Positions 24,817 to 33,927 of a stretch of 35,191 bases of DNA are shown piece after piece. Made by a program: the position numbers and the translations under genes. Positions within the stretch are counted from its first letter, which is position 1. The number at the start of each line of letters is the position of its first letter. Source of the stretch: Candidatus Parcubacteria bacterium (lineage in GTDB: Bacteria; Patescibacteriota; Minisyncoccia; UBA6257; 2-01-FULL-56-20); assembly GCA_027449645.1 (NCBI GenBank), contig DAIDLF010000028.1, forward strand, positions 1-35,191, in the 5' to 3' direction. The notes beneath the pieces were generated by a model. That model was not told the DNA's origin. It saw only the letters and a list, made by a program, of their open reading frames with translations, and did not search any database.

Positions 24817-25809
24817 TTATTTCCCCCTGCGGATCGCTTTCTTGGCCGCCGCAACAATATCCTTCGGCGCCATGCCATATTTCTGTATCAGCGCCTCGGG
24901 CGCGCCGGATTCGCCGAACGTGTCCTGCATGCCGATGGATTCCATCGGCGTGGGCGCATGCTTGGCCAAAACCTCGGCCACGGCGCCGGCCAATCCCCCT
25001 TCCACCTGGTGCTCCTCCACCGTGACCACCGCGCCGCATTTTTTCGCCAGCTCCACGATCTTCTTATCGTCAATCGGCTTGATGGTGGCGCAGTTCACGA
25101 CCACCGCGCCGATCTTTTCCTTTTCCAGTTCCCGCGCGGCAAGGAGCGCATTATAGAGGAGGCCGCCGCAGCCGATGATCAGCACCTCCGGCTTCTTGGA
25201 CTGCCAGAATATCTGCGCCTTGCCCGGAATGAACGGCGTCTCGTCCGTCGTCATCACCGGCGTCTTTTCGCGCTGGAAGCGGAGATAGATCGGACCCCAC
25301 ACCTGCGCGGCGGCAACAGTGGCCTTGCGCGCCTCCACGGCGTCGCACGGCACCAACACCTTTATATTGGGCATCACGCGCATGAGCGCGATGTCTTCCG
25401 TTGCCTGGTGCGTCGCGCCATCCGGCCCGACGGAAATGCCCGTATGATGGCCCGCGACCTTCACATTCGCGTTGTTGTAGGCGATCGTCGTGCGGATCTG
25501 TTCCCAGTTGCGGCCCGGTGAAAATGTGGCATACGACGAGATGAACGGAATCTTCCCCGTCACGCCCATGCCGGCGGCGACGGTCGCCATATTCTGCTCG
25601 GCCACGCCAAGTTCGAAAAACCGCTCAGGATATTTTTTTGCGAACGCCTCGTTGCGGGTGGATTCCGTGAGGTCCGCGCACAGCGCGACCACGTTCACGT
25701 TGGCATCGCCGGCGAGCACGAGCCCTTCGCCAAACCCGTCGCGGGTCGGCGCCTGGGCCACGTCGTCGTCAAACAGCTTCGGATTCAGTTTTGCCTCGGG
25801 GTTCAGCAT
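24817..25809 (-). CDS. Transketolase, C-terminal (pyrimidine-binding) subunit
   Basis: TRDGFGEGL, LCADL, GVAEQNM, GPDGATHQATED, TVEEHQ..GGL, DTFGESG. Confidence 0.96.
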   Translation of the reverse strand: MLNPEAKLNPKLFDDDVAQAPTRDGFGEGLVLAGDANVNVVALCADLTESTRNEAFAKKYPERFFELGVAEQNMATVAAGMGVTGKIPFISSYATFSPGRNWEQIRTTIAYNNANVKVAGHHTGISVGPDGATHQATEDIALMRVMPNIKVLVPCDAVEARKATVAAAQVWGPIYLRFQREKTPVMTTDETPFIPGKAQIFWQSKKPEVLIIGCGGLLYNALLAARELEKEKIGAVVVNCATIKPIDDKKIVELAKKCGAVVTVEEHQVEGGLAGAVAEVLAKHAPTPMESIGMQDTFGESGAPEALIQKYGMAPKDIVAAAKKAIRRGK

Positions 25810-25813
25810 GGGA

Positions 25814-26674
25814 TTATTCGTGTTCGCTTCGGATCTTTCCGCGAAGCGTGCGGAGTTCATCGAGCGCCTTTTCCGCCTCGCCCGGCTTGAAGGTCTTGGA
25901 ATGCCAGAGGTAGTTGTTCTCCATGAAGTCCACGCCCTTGCCGGGCAGGGTATGCGCAATGATCACGGTCGGCTGATCATGTACCGCGCGGGCCTCCGCG
26001 GCGGCGGCGATGATCTCCTCGAAGTTGTGGCCGTCGATCTCCACCACGTTCCAATTATGTGCCGCATATTTTTCCGCGAAGGGTTCGAGCGGCATGATCT
26101 TTTCCACAAAGCCGTCGATCTGGATGTTGTTGCGGTCCACCACCACCGTCAGGTTGCCGAGCTTGTACTTGGCGGCGAACTGGATCGCCTCCCAGGTGTT
26201 CCCCTCCTCGTGCTCCCCGTCGGAGGTCATGCAGTACACCTGGTATTTTTTGCCGTCGAGCCGTGCCGCAAGCGCGATGCCCTCCGCCTGCGAGATCCCG
26301 GAGCCGAGGGGCCCGGAGGTCGTCTCGATGCCGGGCAGGATGCCGCGGTGCGGGTGTCCCTGCAGGCGCGTGCCCAGCTGGCGGAGCGTGCGGAGCTCTT
26401 CCACCGGGAAATAGCCGGCGTGCGCGAGCGCCGCATACTGCACGGGGCAGATATGGCCGTTGGAAAGCACCAAGCGGTCCCGGTCGGGCCAGTTCGGATG
26501 CTTCGGATCATGGCGCAGAATATGGAAGTAGAATGCCGTGAAGATCTCCGCCATATCGAGCGGGCCGGCGATATGGCCCGAACCGGCATGGGAGACCATC
26601 TTGATGATGTCCTCGCGCAGGCGGTTGGCCATGAGTTCCAACGACTTCAGCTTGTCTTCGGTGAGCGATTCCAT
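25814..26674 (-). CDS. Transketolase, N-terminal (TPP-binding) subunit
   Basis: GSGHIAG, RDRLVLSNGH, LQGHP, SGPLGSG, SDGEHEEGNTWEA..N, WHSK. Confidence 0.96.
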   Translation of the reverse strand: MESLTEDKLKSLELMANRLREDIIKMVSHAGSGHIAGPLDMAEIFTAFYFHILRHDPKHPNWPDRDRLVLSNGHICPVQYAALAHAGYFPVEELRTLRQLGTRLQGHPHRGILPGIETTSGPLGSGISQAEGIALAARLDGKKYQVYCMTSDGEHEEGNTWEAIQFAAKYKLGNLTVVVDRNNIQIDGFVEKIMPLEPFAEKYAAHNWNVVEIDGHNFEEIIAAAAEARAVHDQPTVIIAHTLPGKGVDFMENNYLWHSKTFKPGEAEKALDELRTLRGKIRSEHE

Positions 26675-26693
26675 GGGTATCACGCAAAAAAAA

Positions 26694-27335
26694 TTAAATC
26701 TTCATAAACTCCCCGTACGCCTGCTTTGGGTCGCGGGCGCCGAAGAGATAGCTGGATGAGAGCACGGTATCCGCGCCGGCGATTTTCACGCGGCGCGCCG
26801 TCTCGGGATTCATGCCTCCATCCACTTCAATTGTAGCACCCGGAACGGCTTCCCTCAAAAAAGCGATCTTCTCGCAGACGGACGGCATGAACGCCTGCGC
26901 GGAAGGTCCGGGATGGACCGCGAGCACATGGAACACCGAGAACAGATCGAGGTACGGTTCCATGAGATCTGTGCCCGAGTCGGGATTGGATGAGAGCGCC
27001 ACTTCTGCATGGTGGCGTTCCGCAACGGAACGGATCTCCTCAAGCGAACGGCGCGTGACCGTTTCTGCGTGCACCACAAGCCGCCGGGCGCCGGCGGAAA
27101 GCCAATCATCCGCGCGCTCTTCGGGCCGCTCCACCATGAGATGCACCTCCAGTCCGAAAGGCGCATGGAGGCCTCTCCATCCCCACGGGTCTCCCCACGC
27201 ATGGTGGACGGCGAACACGCCGTCGGTCACATCAAGATGCACCAATCCTTCTTTGGGGTAAAACGCCGCAATCGCGGCAAGCCGCGCCTCCACGCATGGC
27301 TTGTCGGCACAATTAATAACAGGGATGACATGCAT
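26694..27335 (-). CDS. rpe: Ribulose-phosphate 3-epimerase
   Basis: HLDVTDGVF, EVHLMV, VHAE, VHPG..AQAF, IEVDGGMN, AGAD. Confidence 0.93.
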   Translation of the reverse strand: MHVIPVINCADKPCVEARLAAIAAFYPKEGLVHLDVTDGVFAVHHAWGDPWGWRGLHAPFGLEVHLMVERPEERADDWLSAGARRLVVHAETVTRRSLEEIRSVAERHHAEVALSSNPDSGTDLMEPYLDLFSVFHVLAVHPGPSAQAFMPSVCEKIAFLREAVPGATIEVDGGMNPETARRVKIAGADTVLSSSYLFGARDPKQAYGEFMKI

Positions 27336-27375
27336 CCCTGTTATTCTACCATACCTCCGCGGCGGTCTTCCCCTC

Positions 27376-30300
27376 CTAGAGGGATTTCAGAAGGCTTTCA
27401 AGCTGACTCAGCATGCCCTGGAGCGATTGGCTCACGATCGCCGTCTGATTGCTCGTGTCGGTCGCGGCCGCGTGGAACAATCCTCCGGTGACCGGCGTAA
27501 GGATCGGCTTGATGATCGGAAGCGGGGCAATCGTGACAGGGCTCACGGTCGCGCTTACCTGCGAGGAAGGCGTTCCTACGAGGCCGTTCATATCCTGTGC
27601 GGCAACGGCGTAATAGTAGGTTCCCGCCGCGAGCCCCGAGTCGGTATATGAGAGCACATTCCCCTGCACGATCCTGTTGGAAGCGCTCGGCGTAAAGTTT
27701 GGCGTGGTGCTGCGGTAGATGTTATAGACCCCTATACCGTTCGTCGCCGTGGCCGCCGACCAGGAGAGGGCCACCGCCGTGCCATTCGCGGTTGCGGAAA
27801 GATTCTGCACCTGGGACACGGTCGGCTGGACCGTCACCGGAGCACTGTTGCAGACGGTCATGCTGCAGCCATTGCTCTCCAGCACCGTATGGCCGCCATA
27901 CGGGCAGTACGGCATGATGTCCGGACATGCCACCGGAAGCTTCGGCGCGCTTGACCCTACGGTCATGTTGTTCCCCAGGATGATGAAGCTTTGATTCGCC
28001 ACGGTGGCGTAGTTGCCCCCGAAGCTGCCGCTCAAACCGAGATCCAGCGCCCCGGATGCCGAAGGGGCGATATCAGCGACATAGGTGAGCACCACGCTTC
28101 CCCCGTTCGGAATGCTCACGGTCTGGTTGAAGAACACGTTTGCCTGGGCACCGGTCACGCCTCCGGCTGAAAGATTGGCGACACTCCCAAGCAACGTGGA
28201 GCCGTTATACACCCTTATGTTCGAGAGTGAGCTTATCGCATTCGCGCTGTTCGAGCCCGCGCCGACGTAGGTGAGGTTCACCGGGCCGCCGGCCGCGGAG
28301 AACTTGACGCTTGCGAAGGTCACGCCCGACTGGCCCGCCGATACGGTCTGCGATGCAGGGGTGGAGGCATCAAGGCCGGCGCTCAGCGTACCATAAGCGG
28401 AAGCGGCAGGCGGATTGATGGTGAGCGTCACCGGAACAGTCTGATAGGTGGACAGCGAGGAGTTGATGATGAACACCGTGCCCGAGTAGGTGCCTGCCGA
28501 AAGGCCTGAGGTGTTGGGCGTAAAGGTCGCCGACGTGAATCCTCCGCCATTGGTGGTTGTGTCCATCTTCATCCATCCGCAGTTGACGCTTCCGTTCACG
28601 ATTGCGTTGCAGTTCCACGAGACCTGCCAGCCGATCGGCAGACTTGGGCTGAAGGTGAGCGTCTGCGCGGCAGGATTCGCCCCGCCCTGGGTCCCGGTGA
28701 ACGAGAGCGCACTCGGAGCGATGGTGGGGTTCTGGGATACGGCGGACGTCACCGTGATCGGGATGGTCTTGGTCACCTGCGTGGTAAGGGCCGGATATTG
28801 CGCGCCGCAGATATTCGTCTGCGAACAATACAGGGAAACGCTCAAGCTATAGGTTCCCGCAGTCGATGCGCTCGGCAGGGTCACCTGCCACAATCCCGTT
28901 GCGCTGTTATAGCTGCCGTTTGCCCAACTCACGTACGACGTCGATCCCTGCGGATACAGATACGCCTGCACATTGAAGCCGCGGGCAGAGGTTGCGGGCT
29001 GCCCTCCCGGAGCGGCACCCGTACTGCCCGGAGAGGCGATGCCATTCAGCGTGAACAAAATCGACTGATTCGGCTGATACGATGACTGTATCCCCGAGAT
29101 GTCCGTGATAGAGAGCGAAGCCTGCGACTGCTGGCCGGCGACAATGGAGAACGGCGCCGGGCTCTGCGCATAATCGTAAGGGTTCACGTATTGCTTCACT
29201 ATCTGGACGTAATATGCCGATCCCGGAGCCAATGTGGCCCCGTTGGTCACCGTGCCCACATTCCAATTGAGCTGCGTGGTGCCATATACCTCGCCCGCAA
29301 TGCCGGCCGCGCTGCCGTTGGCTTGCGTAATGAATACGGTATAGGTGGCATTGGAAGATCCGGCGCTGTCCGACCATTTGATGGTCTGTGTGCTGCCGAG
29401 CGGCCACTGTTCCCCTCCTGCCGGAGCAAGGATATTGATGGTATTGCCGGTTGACGGATTCACCGTAACGTCTGCCGTGAGCGGCATGGATGCCCCGTAA
29501 TCAAGCTGGCCCACTGCCTGGATGGATACCCCAGTCTGGTTCATGAACTGCAGGACATCCGTCCCATTCATGGCAACCGGACGGGCCACATCCCCGCAGG
29601 TAAACGTATGGCCGTTCGTGATATCAAAGATCGTAAGGCCCGTGACACAGCCCACAGTGAAATCGGCATTGCTGGTCCCTGAAAGCGAGCCCGGAATGTT
29701 CCAGGAGAACGTCACCTCGCCCGAACCGTTCACCGAGGTCGGCGATACCGAAAACGACGGCGTGGTGCCTCCTGTCCCTCCCGCGCCGCTCAGGTTGACC
29801 ACGGTAATGGGCGCCTGCTGTTGGGCGGAAAGCGTAAGGGAGACCGCCGAGTTGTCCGTGCCATCATAGTACGAGAAGTCGGCGTTATTCTGGATGGTGG
29901 CGACGACGCTCTGGGCGACATTCGGCGAAGAAGGAAGCCTGCTCAGATCGCCCCACACTGAAAGCGAATAGGAGCTGCCCGCAGGGATGATCAGCGGGTT
30001 GGCATGCGGCAGGAAGGTCCACGTGATCCGGTTTCCGGATATGGAGGACTGCGCCATGCGGTCGGCGGCAACAATATCATTACCGTTCGGGTCATGGAGC
30101 ACCACGGAATTCAGGAATGATTGCGCATGAGAGGCGCTGCCGCTGAAGCTCAGCGTGAGGCTATTCGGGACGGCATCCCCGGCGGCATTGGCCGTAAGAT
30201 TGATGCTGCCGAGCTGCTCAAAAGAGGCCGGAGGCATGGACGCCACCGACTGGCCGGCAAGCGTGAGCGCCGTCCGCACCACCGTGACAGGAGCCGCGGC

Positions 30301-31710
30301 GGCGCCATTCGCGATCACCGTGGCCGTCTCATTGGAAGTCGCTCCGAAGGCCGTACCGCCGGCAATGCTGAAGGTATGCACGCTGTCATCGGTCGCCGAG
30401 CTGCCGGTATAGGAACCGGCGTCCCCGTAAAGCGAGAGCGAGAGCGAACTGCCTGCAGGGACCACCAGCGCATTGGACAGGGAGAAAGTATATTGGTAGC
30501 CGCCGCCGATCTTCACCGGAGCGCTCGCCGCACCGAGCATGGAGAACTTGCAGCAGGTGCCGATCTGCAGGTTCGAGAATGAAGGCAGGTTCCCCGAAGC
30601 GGTCATGTCGGTCACGGTAAGATTCGTGAACTTCACGGCCTCGGCGGCATCCTGATTCGAGAACGTGAACGTTCCGAGCAGGTTGCCGGTGGTATTCATG
30701 ATCGCAAGGCTGGCAGCCGGCGTGTTCGGAGACAACGAGACGCTCACCACCGGGCCGGAGCCCGTTGATGCGCCGCCGATCGTCATCGTCTGCCCCGTTG
30801 TGGGCGTGCAGGAGTAGGCGCTATAGCTTGTAAGGCCCGCCGCCGTGCACGAGGCAAGCGTCGTGGCATTGGCGGGAGCAAGGCCGGCAAGAGACTGGCT
30901 TACCGCCTTCACGTCAGCAAAAACATTGACGTTCGCGGACGATCCGGCAGGGATGCGGACGGGCGAACCGGAAAACACATAATTGTTGTTGTCCGCCACC
31001 ACTGCCTGGGCAGCGCCGAACTGGACGCCATTCACATACAGTCTGAGATTCTGGAAATCGCTGCCGTTTTGTCCGGCGCCCACCACAATGCTGCTCACCG
31101 AAACTCCCTCGGCGGACGGCGCGGAAACCGCATAGCCGCCGACAAGCTGGTTTGCCGCCCCGGATGCGAGCGGCATGGAGGCTACGTCAGGGTTCCGCAC
31201 GACCGCAAGCTGGTTCCCCGTGGAAGAAGCGCTGCATCCAAAGAGCGCATTCAGTTTTGTCCGCGTCGAGGGACCCACATAACCCGTACCGTTGGTCAGG
31301 CCGTACGGAGCGAGGATCGTACTGGCATATTTCTCCTGGAAGCTCGTGACCGCAGCCGCAGTCTGATCGTCAAAGGTCCCGGTCATCTGCACGGACTCGC
31401 CGTCCTTCTGAAGCGCCGTCTGGAGGGCGGTCACTTCTGCGCCGGATGCGCCGTACGTAAGATTATCGGAGAATGCGTAACACCACGTCGAAGTACCCGA
31501 CGTGGTCGGGGTACCCGCGGAACCCGAGGTGCCTGCGCCGCCCGAAGCGGCCAACTGGCTCTGCAATACCTGCAACTGCGCGAGCAGTGCCGCGATCTGG
31601 GCCTGGATGCTCGCGGCACTCGGCGCCGGCGCCGCCTGGGCAAAGGACATTCCCGGCGCCACTAACACGGCCAGTGCGAACACTGCCGCCAATTTATTTT
31701 TTATATGCAT
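27376..31710 (-). CDS. Large (about 1444 aa) modular secreted S-layer/adhesin-like protein
   Basis: Signal peptide MHIKNKLAAVFALAVL..SFA; short coiled coil plus PG-binding-like domain; multiple Ig/beta-sandwich modules (P.GGEQW..G, BACON-like, FN3); a Cys-rich mini-module; amphipathic C-terminal helix. Confidence 0.9.
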   Translation of the reverse strand: MHIKNKLAAVFALAVLVAPGMSFAQAAPAPSAASIQAQIAALLAQLQVLQSQLAASGGAGTSGSAGTPTTSGTSTWCYAFSDNLTYGASGAEVTALQTALQKDGESVQMTGTFDDQTAAAVTSFQEKYASTILAPYGLTNGTGYVGPSTRTKLNALFGCSASSTGNQLAVVRNPDVASMPLASGAANQLVGGYAVSAPSAEGVSVSSIVVGAGQNGSDFQNLRLYVNGVQFGAAQAVVADNNNYVFSGSPVRIPAGSSANVNVFADVKAVSQSLAGLAPANATTLASCTAAGLTSYSAYSCTPTTGQTMTIGGASTGSGPVVSVSLSPNTPAASLAIMNTTGNLLGTFTFSNQDAAEAVKFTNLTVTDMTASGNLPSFSNLQIGTCCKFSMLGAASAPVKIGGGYQYTFSLSNALVVPAGSSLSLSLYGDAGSYTGSSATDDSVHTFSIAGGTAFGATSNETATVIANGAAAAPVTVVRTALTLAGQSVASMPPASFEQLGSINLTANAAGDAVPNSLTLSFSGSASHAQSFLNSVVLHDPNGNDIVAADRMAQSSISGNRITWTFLPHANPLIIPAGSSYSLSVWGDLSRLPSSPNVAQSVVATIQNNADFSYYDGTDNSAVSLTLSAQQQAPITVVNLSGAGGTGGTTPSFSVSPTSVNGSGEVTFSWNIPGSLSGTSNADFTVGCVTGLTIFDITNGHTFTCGDVARPVAMNGTDVLQFMNQTGVSIQAVGQLDYGASMPLTADVTVNPSTGNTINILAPAGGEQWPLGSTQTIKWSDSAGSSNATYTVFITQANGSAAGIAGEVYGTTQLNWNVGTVTNGATLAPGSAYYVQIVKQYVNPYDYAQSPAPFSIVAGQQSQASLSITDISGIQSSYQPNQSILFTLNGIASPGSTGAAPGGQPATSARGFNVQAYLYPQGSTSYVSWANGSYNSATGLWQVTLPSASTAGTYSLSVSLYCSQTNICGAQYPALTTQVTKTIPITVTSAVSQNPTIAPSALSFTGTQGGANPAAQTLTFSPSLPIGWQVSWNCNAIVNGSVNCGWMKMDTTTNGGGFTSATFTPNTSGLSAGTYSGTVFIINSSLSTYQTVPVTLTINPPAASAYGTLSAGLDASTPASQTVSAGQSGVTFASVKFSAAGGPVNLTYVGAGSNSANAISSLSNIRVYNGSTLLGSVANLSAGGVTGAQANVFFNQTVSIPNGGSVVLTYVADIAPSASGALDLGLSGSFGGNYATVANQSFIILGNNMTVGSSAPKLPVACPDIMPYCPYGGHTVLESNGCSMTVCNSAPVTVQPTVSQVQNLSATANGTAVALSWSAATATNGIGVYNIYRSTTPNFTPSASNRIVQGNVLSYTDSGLAAGTYYYAVAAQDMNGLVGTPSSQVSATVSPVTIAPLPIIKPILTPVTGGLFHAAATDTSNQTAIVSQSLQGMLSQLESLLKSL

Positions 31711-31830
31711 TGTTTTTTTGCGGATAAACGACCATGGCCCCTGACCAGGGAGCCGTAAATATTTGTTGCCATTATTAAACCACGCCAGGAAGACGGCGCG
31801 CAAGCAGGCTGTGCATAACCGCAGGATCCG

Positions 31831-32283
31831 TCACCGTCCGCCCTCGATCTCCCCTATCTTCTTCAAGCGCCGCGCATAGCGCTCATCGCCCCCAAAGGGC
31901 GCGGTCAGGAACACCTTCACCATTTTGCTCGCATCCTCTGGAGCGATGAAATCTGCGGCAAGGGCAAGCACATTCACATCGTCATCGTGGCGTCCCTGAT
32001 AGATATGGTCCGGGGACATGGCAAGCGCGGCACGGACCCCTTTGGTCTTGTTGGCAACGATATCCACGCCGAACCCCGAACGGCAGATCACGATACCGCG
32101 GCGGCCTTCCGGATCCCCCGCCACCTGTACGGCCACCGCATGGGCGAAATCCGCGTAGTCGTCGTCCGGAACCGGCCGGTCATCGCCCATATCCATCACG
32201 GCATAGCCCTCACTTTTCAACTCGGCTTCCAGTTGGGCCTTTAACGCGAATCCCCCATGGTCCGCACCGATATAGATGTTCAT
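31831..32283 (-). CDS. rpiB: Ribose-5-phosphate isomerase B
   Basis: MNIYIGADHGGFALK, DDDYADFA, GIVICRSGFG, ANKTKGVRAA, NVLAL, RYARRL. Confidence 0.96.
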   Translation of the reverse strand: MNIYIGADHGGFALKAQLEAELKSEGYAVMDMGDDRPVPDDDYADFAHAVAVQVAGDPEGRRGIVICRSGFGVDIVANKTKGVRAALAMSPDHIYQGRHDDDVNVLALAADFIAPEDASKMVKVFLTAPFGGDERYARRLKKIGEIEGGR

Positions 32284-32343
32284 AGGTACATTATAGCATG
32301 TACATACGCTCTGCACGGAATGATATCGTGGTAAAATAATCTT

Positions 32344-33033
32344 ATGATCCCGATCATCATCTCCCTCACGCTTGGCCTTCTCCCGGGATTCGCTTGGCTG
32401 GTGTTCTATTTGAACGAGGAGACCCATCCGGAGCCGAACCGCCTGATCGCATTCACCTTCGTAGCCGGCATGGCCTTCGGCTTTTTCACGGTCGCCATAG
32501 AAACCTTCTTCAGCACGGGCCTTTCCGGAGTGGGCATCGGCGAATTCTCCATTGCATCGCTCGCAGGACTCGCGCTCATAGAAGAGTTCATGAAATTCGC
32601 CGCGGCGCATTTTGCGGCAAGCCGGAATGCCGCGTTCAACGAACCGATCGATGCCATGATCTATGCCATCGTCGCCGCGCTCGGCTTTGCCACCCTGGAG
32701 AACATCGGCGCCCTCTCCAACGTGGCTTCCGGCGCGAATTTCGTGCCGATCACCCTCGCCACCCTCTCTTTCCGCTTTGTCGGCGCGACCCTTCTGCATT
32801 CCCTCACCTCCGCCATCGTGGGTTATTATTGGGCGCTGGGCCTCGTGCGCGGAAAGGTGGCGGGCTATGTGGCCATGGGCCTTGCAGTGGCGACGGCTTT
32901 GCATGGAGGTTTCAACTACCTTATACTTAATTACGGAGATGGCATGTATGCCGTCGTGCTCCTCGTCATTGTCGGATTTTTCGTATTGAATGATTTTGAA
33001 AAATTGAGGACGAAGGTGAATTTCATAAAATAA
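32344..33033 (+). CDS. prsW: PrsW family intramembrane metalloprotease
   Basis: HPEP, IEEFMKF, ALGFATLENI, LLHSL, LHGGFN; multiple TM helices. Confidence 0.92.
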   Translation: MIPIIISLTLGLLPGFAWLVFYLNEETHPEPNRLIAFTFVAGMAFGFFTVAIETFFSTGLSGVGIGEFSIASLAGLALIEEFMKFAAAHFAASRNAAFNEPIDAMIYAIVAALGFATLENIGALSNVASGANFVPITLATLSFRFVGATLLHSLTSAIVGYYWALGLVRGKVAGYVAMGLAVATALHGGFNYLILNYGDGMYAVVLLVIVGFFVLNDFEKLRTKVNFIK

Positions 33034-33051
33034 CCATCACTATATCACCCC

Positions 33052-33630
33052 ATGGACGCGAACGACGAAAAATTTTTTGAACAGCTTTCGGGGACAAAAG
33101 CCGATGCGGACGAAAGCTATAAAGTAGAACTGGCCAAAGCGAGCGCCGGAGTCCTCAGTACCGCGGCGGCGCGGCCGAAGATCATCCGGACCGCCAAGCT
33201 TGAGCGGGCCGAGATGCAGGAGAACGAGGAAGCCGAAGCGAAATCCGCCGCCGAAAACGAAACCGACGAACAGGAAGCGGCGTGGTCCGACAGCGAGCCG
33301 GAAGGCAAACTCACCGTGGATGTCTATCAGACGCCTTCCGAGGTGGTGGTAGAGTCCGCGATTGCCGGCGTGAAGCCAAGCGACATCGACGTGAACGTCA
33401 CCACGGACTCGGTCACCATCCGCGGCGCGAGAAAGCGCGAAAAGGCGGTGCGGGACGAGGACTATCTCTATCAGGAGTGCTATTGGGGGCGTTTCGCGCG
33501 CACCATCATCCTGCCGCAGGAAATAGATCCGGACGGCGCGGAAGTGACCTTCAAAAACGGCATCCTCACCGTCATCCTGCCCAAGGCGAACCGCAAGAAA
33601 TCGCGCAAACTCAAGATTGTCATCGACTAG
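33052..33630 (+). CDS. Hsp20/alpha-crystallin small heat shock protein
   Basis: GKLTVDVYQT, IAGVKPSDIDV, ECYWGRFARTIILP, FKNGILTVILPK; long acidic N-terminal extension. Confidence 0.95.
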   Translation: MDANDEKFFEQLSGTKADADESYKVELAKASAGVLSTAAARPKIIRTAKLERAEMQENEEAEAKSAAENETDEQEAAWSDSEPEGKLTVDVYQTPSEVVVESAIAGVKPSDIDVNVTTDSVTIRGARKREKAVRDEDYLYQECYWGRFARTIILPQEIDPDGAEVTFKNGILTVILPKANRKKSRKLKIVID

Positions 33631-33651
33631 CGGCCGCGTCCCGGAGGGCAT

Positions 33652-33680
33652 TTGCATAAATTTTTGATTTACGGTATCAT
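33652..33680 (+). promoter_or_regulatory. sigma70 promoter of rpmB (probably leaderless)
   Basis: TTGCAT-17 nt-TATCAT, 7 nt before the ATG. Confidence 0.7.
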
Positions 33681-33687
33681 AAGGCCC

Positions 33688-33912
33688 ATGAGAAAGTGCG
33701 CACTGTGCGAAAAAACTTCACGGATGGGCGGCGCGAGGAAGCTTCTGCGCGGCCACTATAACCCCGTCAACTGGTCCCGCAAGTATCCGAACCTGCAGTA
33801 CGCGCAGGTTGAAGGCAAGCGCATGCTCGTCTGCACCGGCTGCATCAGGACGCTCAATAAGGCGCCGAGGAAGCGGGTGGCAAAGAAAGACTCCGTAGCG
33901 GCTGCGGCTTAG
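33688..33912 (+). CDS. rpmB: 50S ribosomal protein L28 (Zn-ribbon type)
   Basis: MRKCALCEK...RKYPNLQ...VCTGCIRT. Confidence 0.9.
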   Translation: MRKCALCEKTSRMGGARKLLRGHYNPVNWSRKYPNLQYAQVEGKRMLVCTGCIRTLNKAPRKRVAKKDSVAAAA

Positions 33913-33927
33913 CCTTTCATCTCCGCG

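Noticed and set aside
31810-31818. DnaA-box-like TTATGCACA (minus strand) as a replication origin
   Set aside because: Single box, with no cluster, AT-rich unwinding element or dnaA/dnaN nearby; at most a promoter-proximal site.
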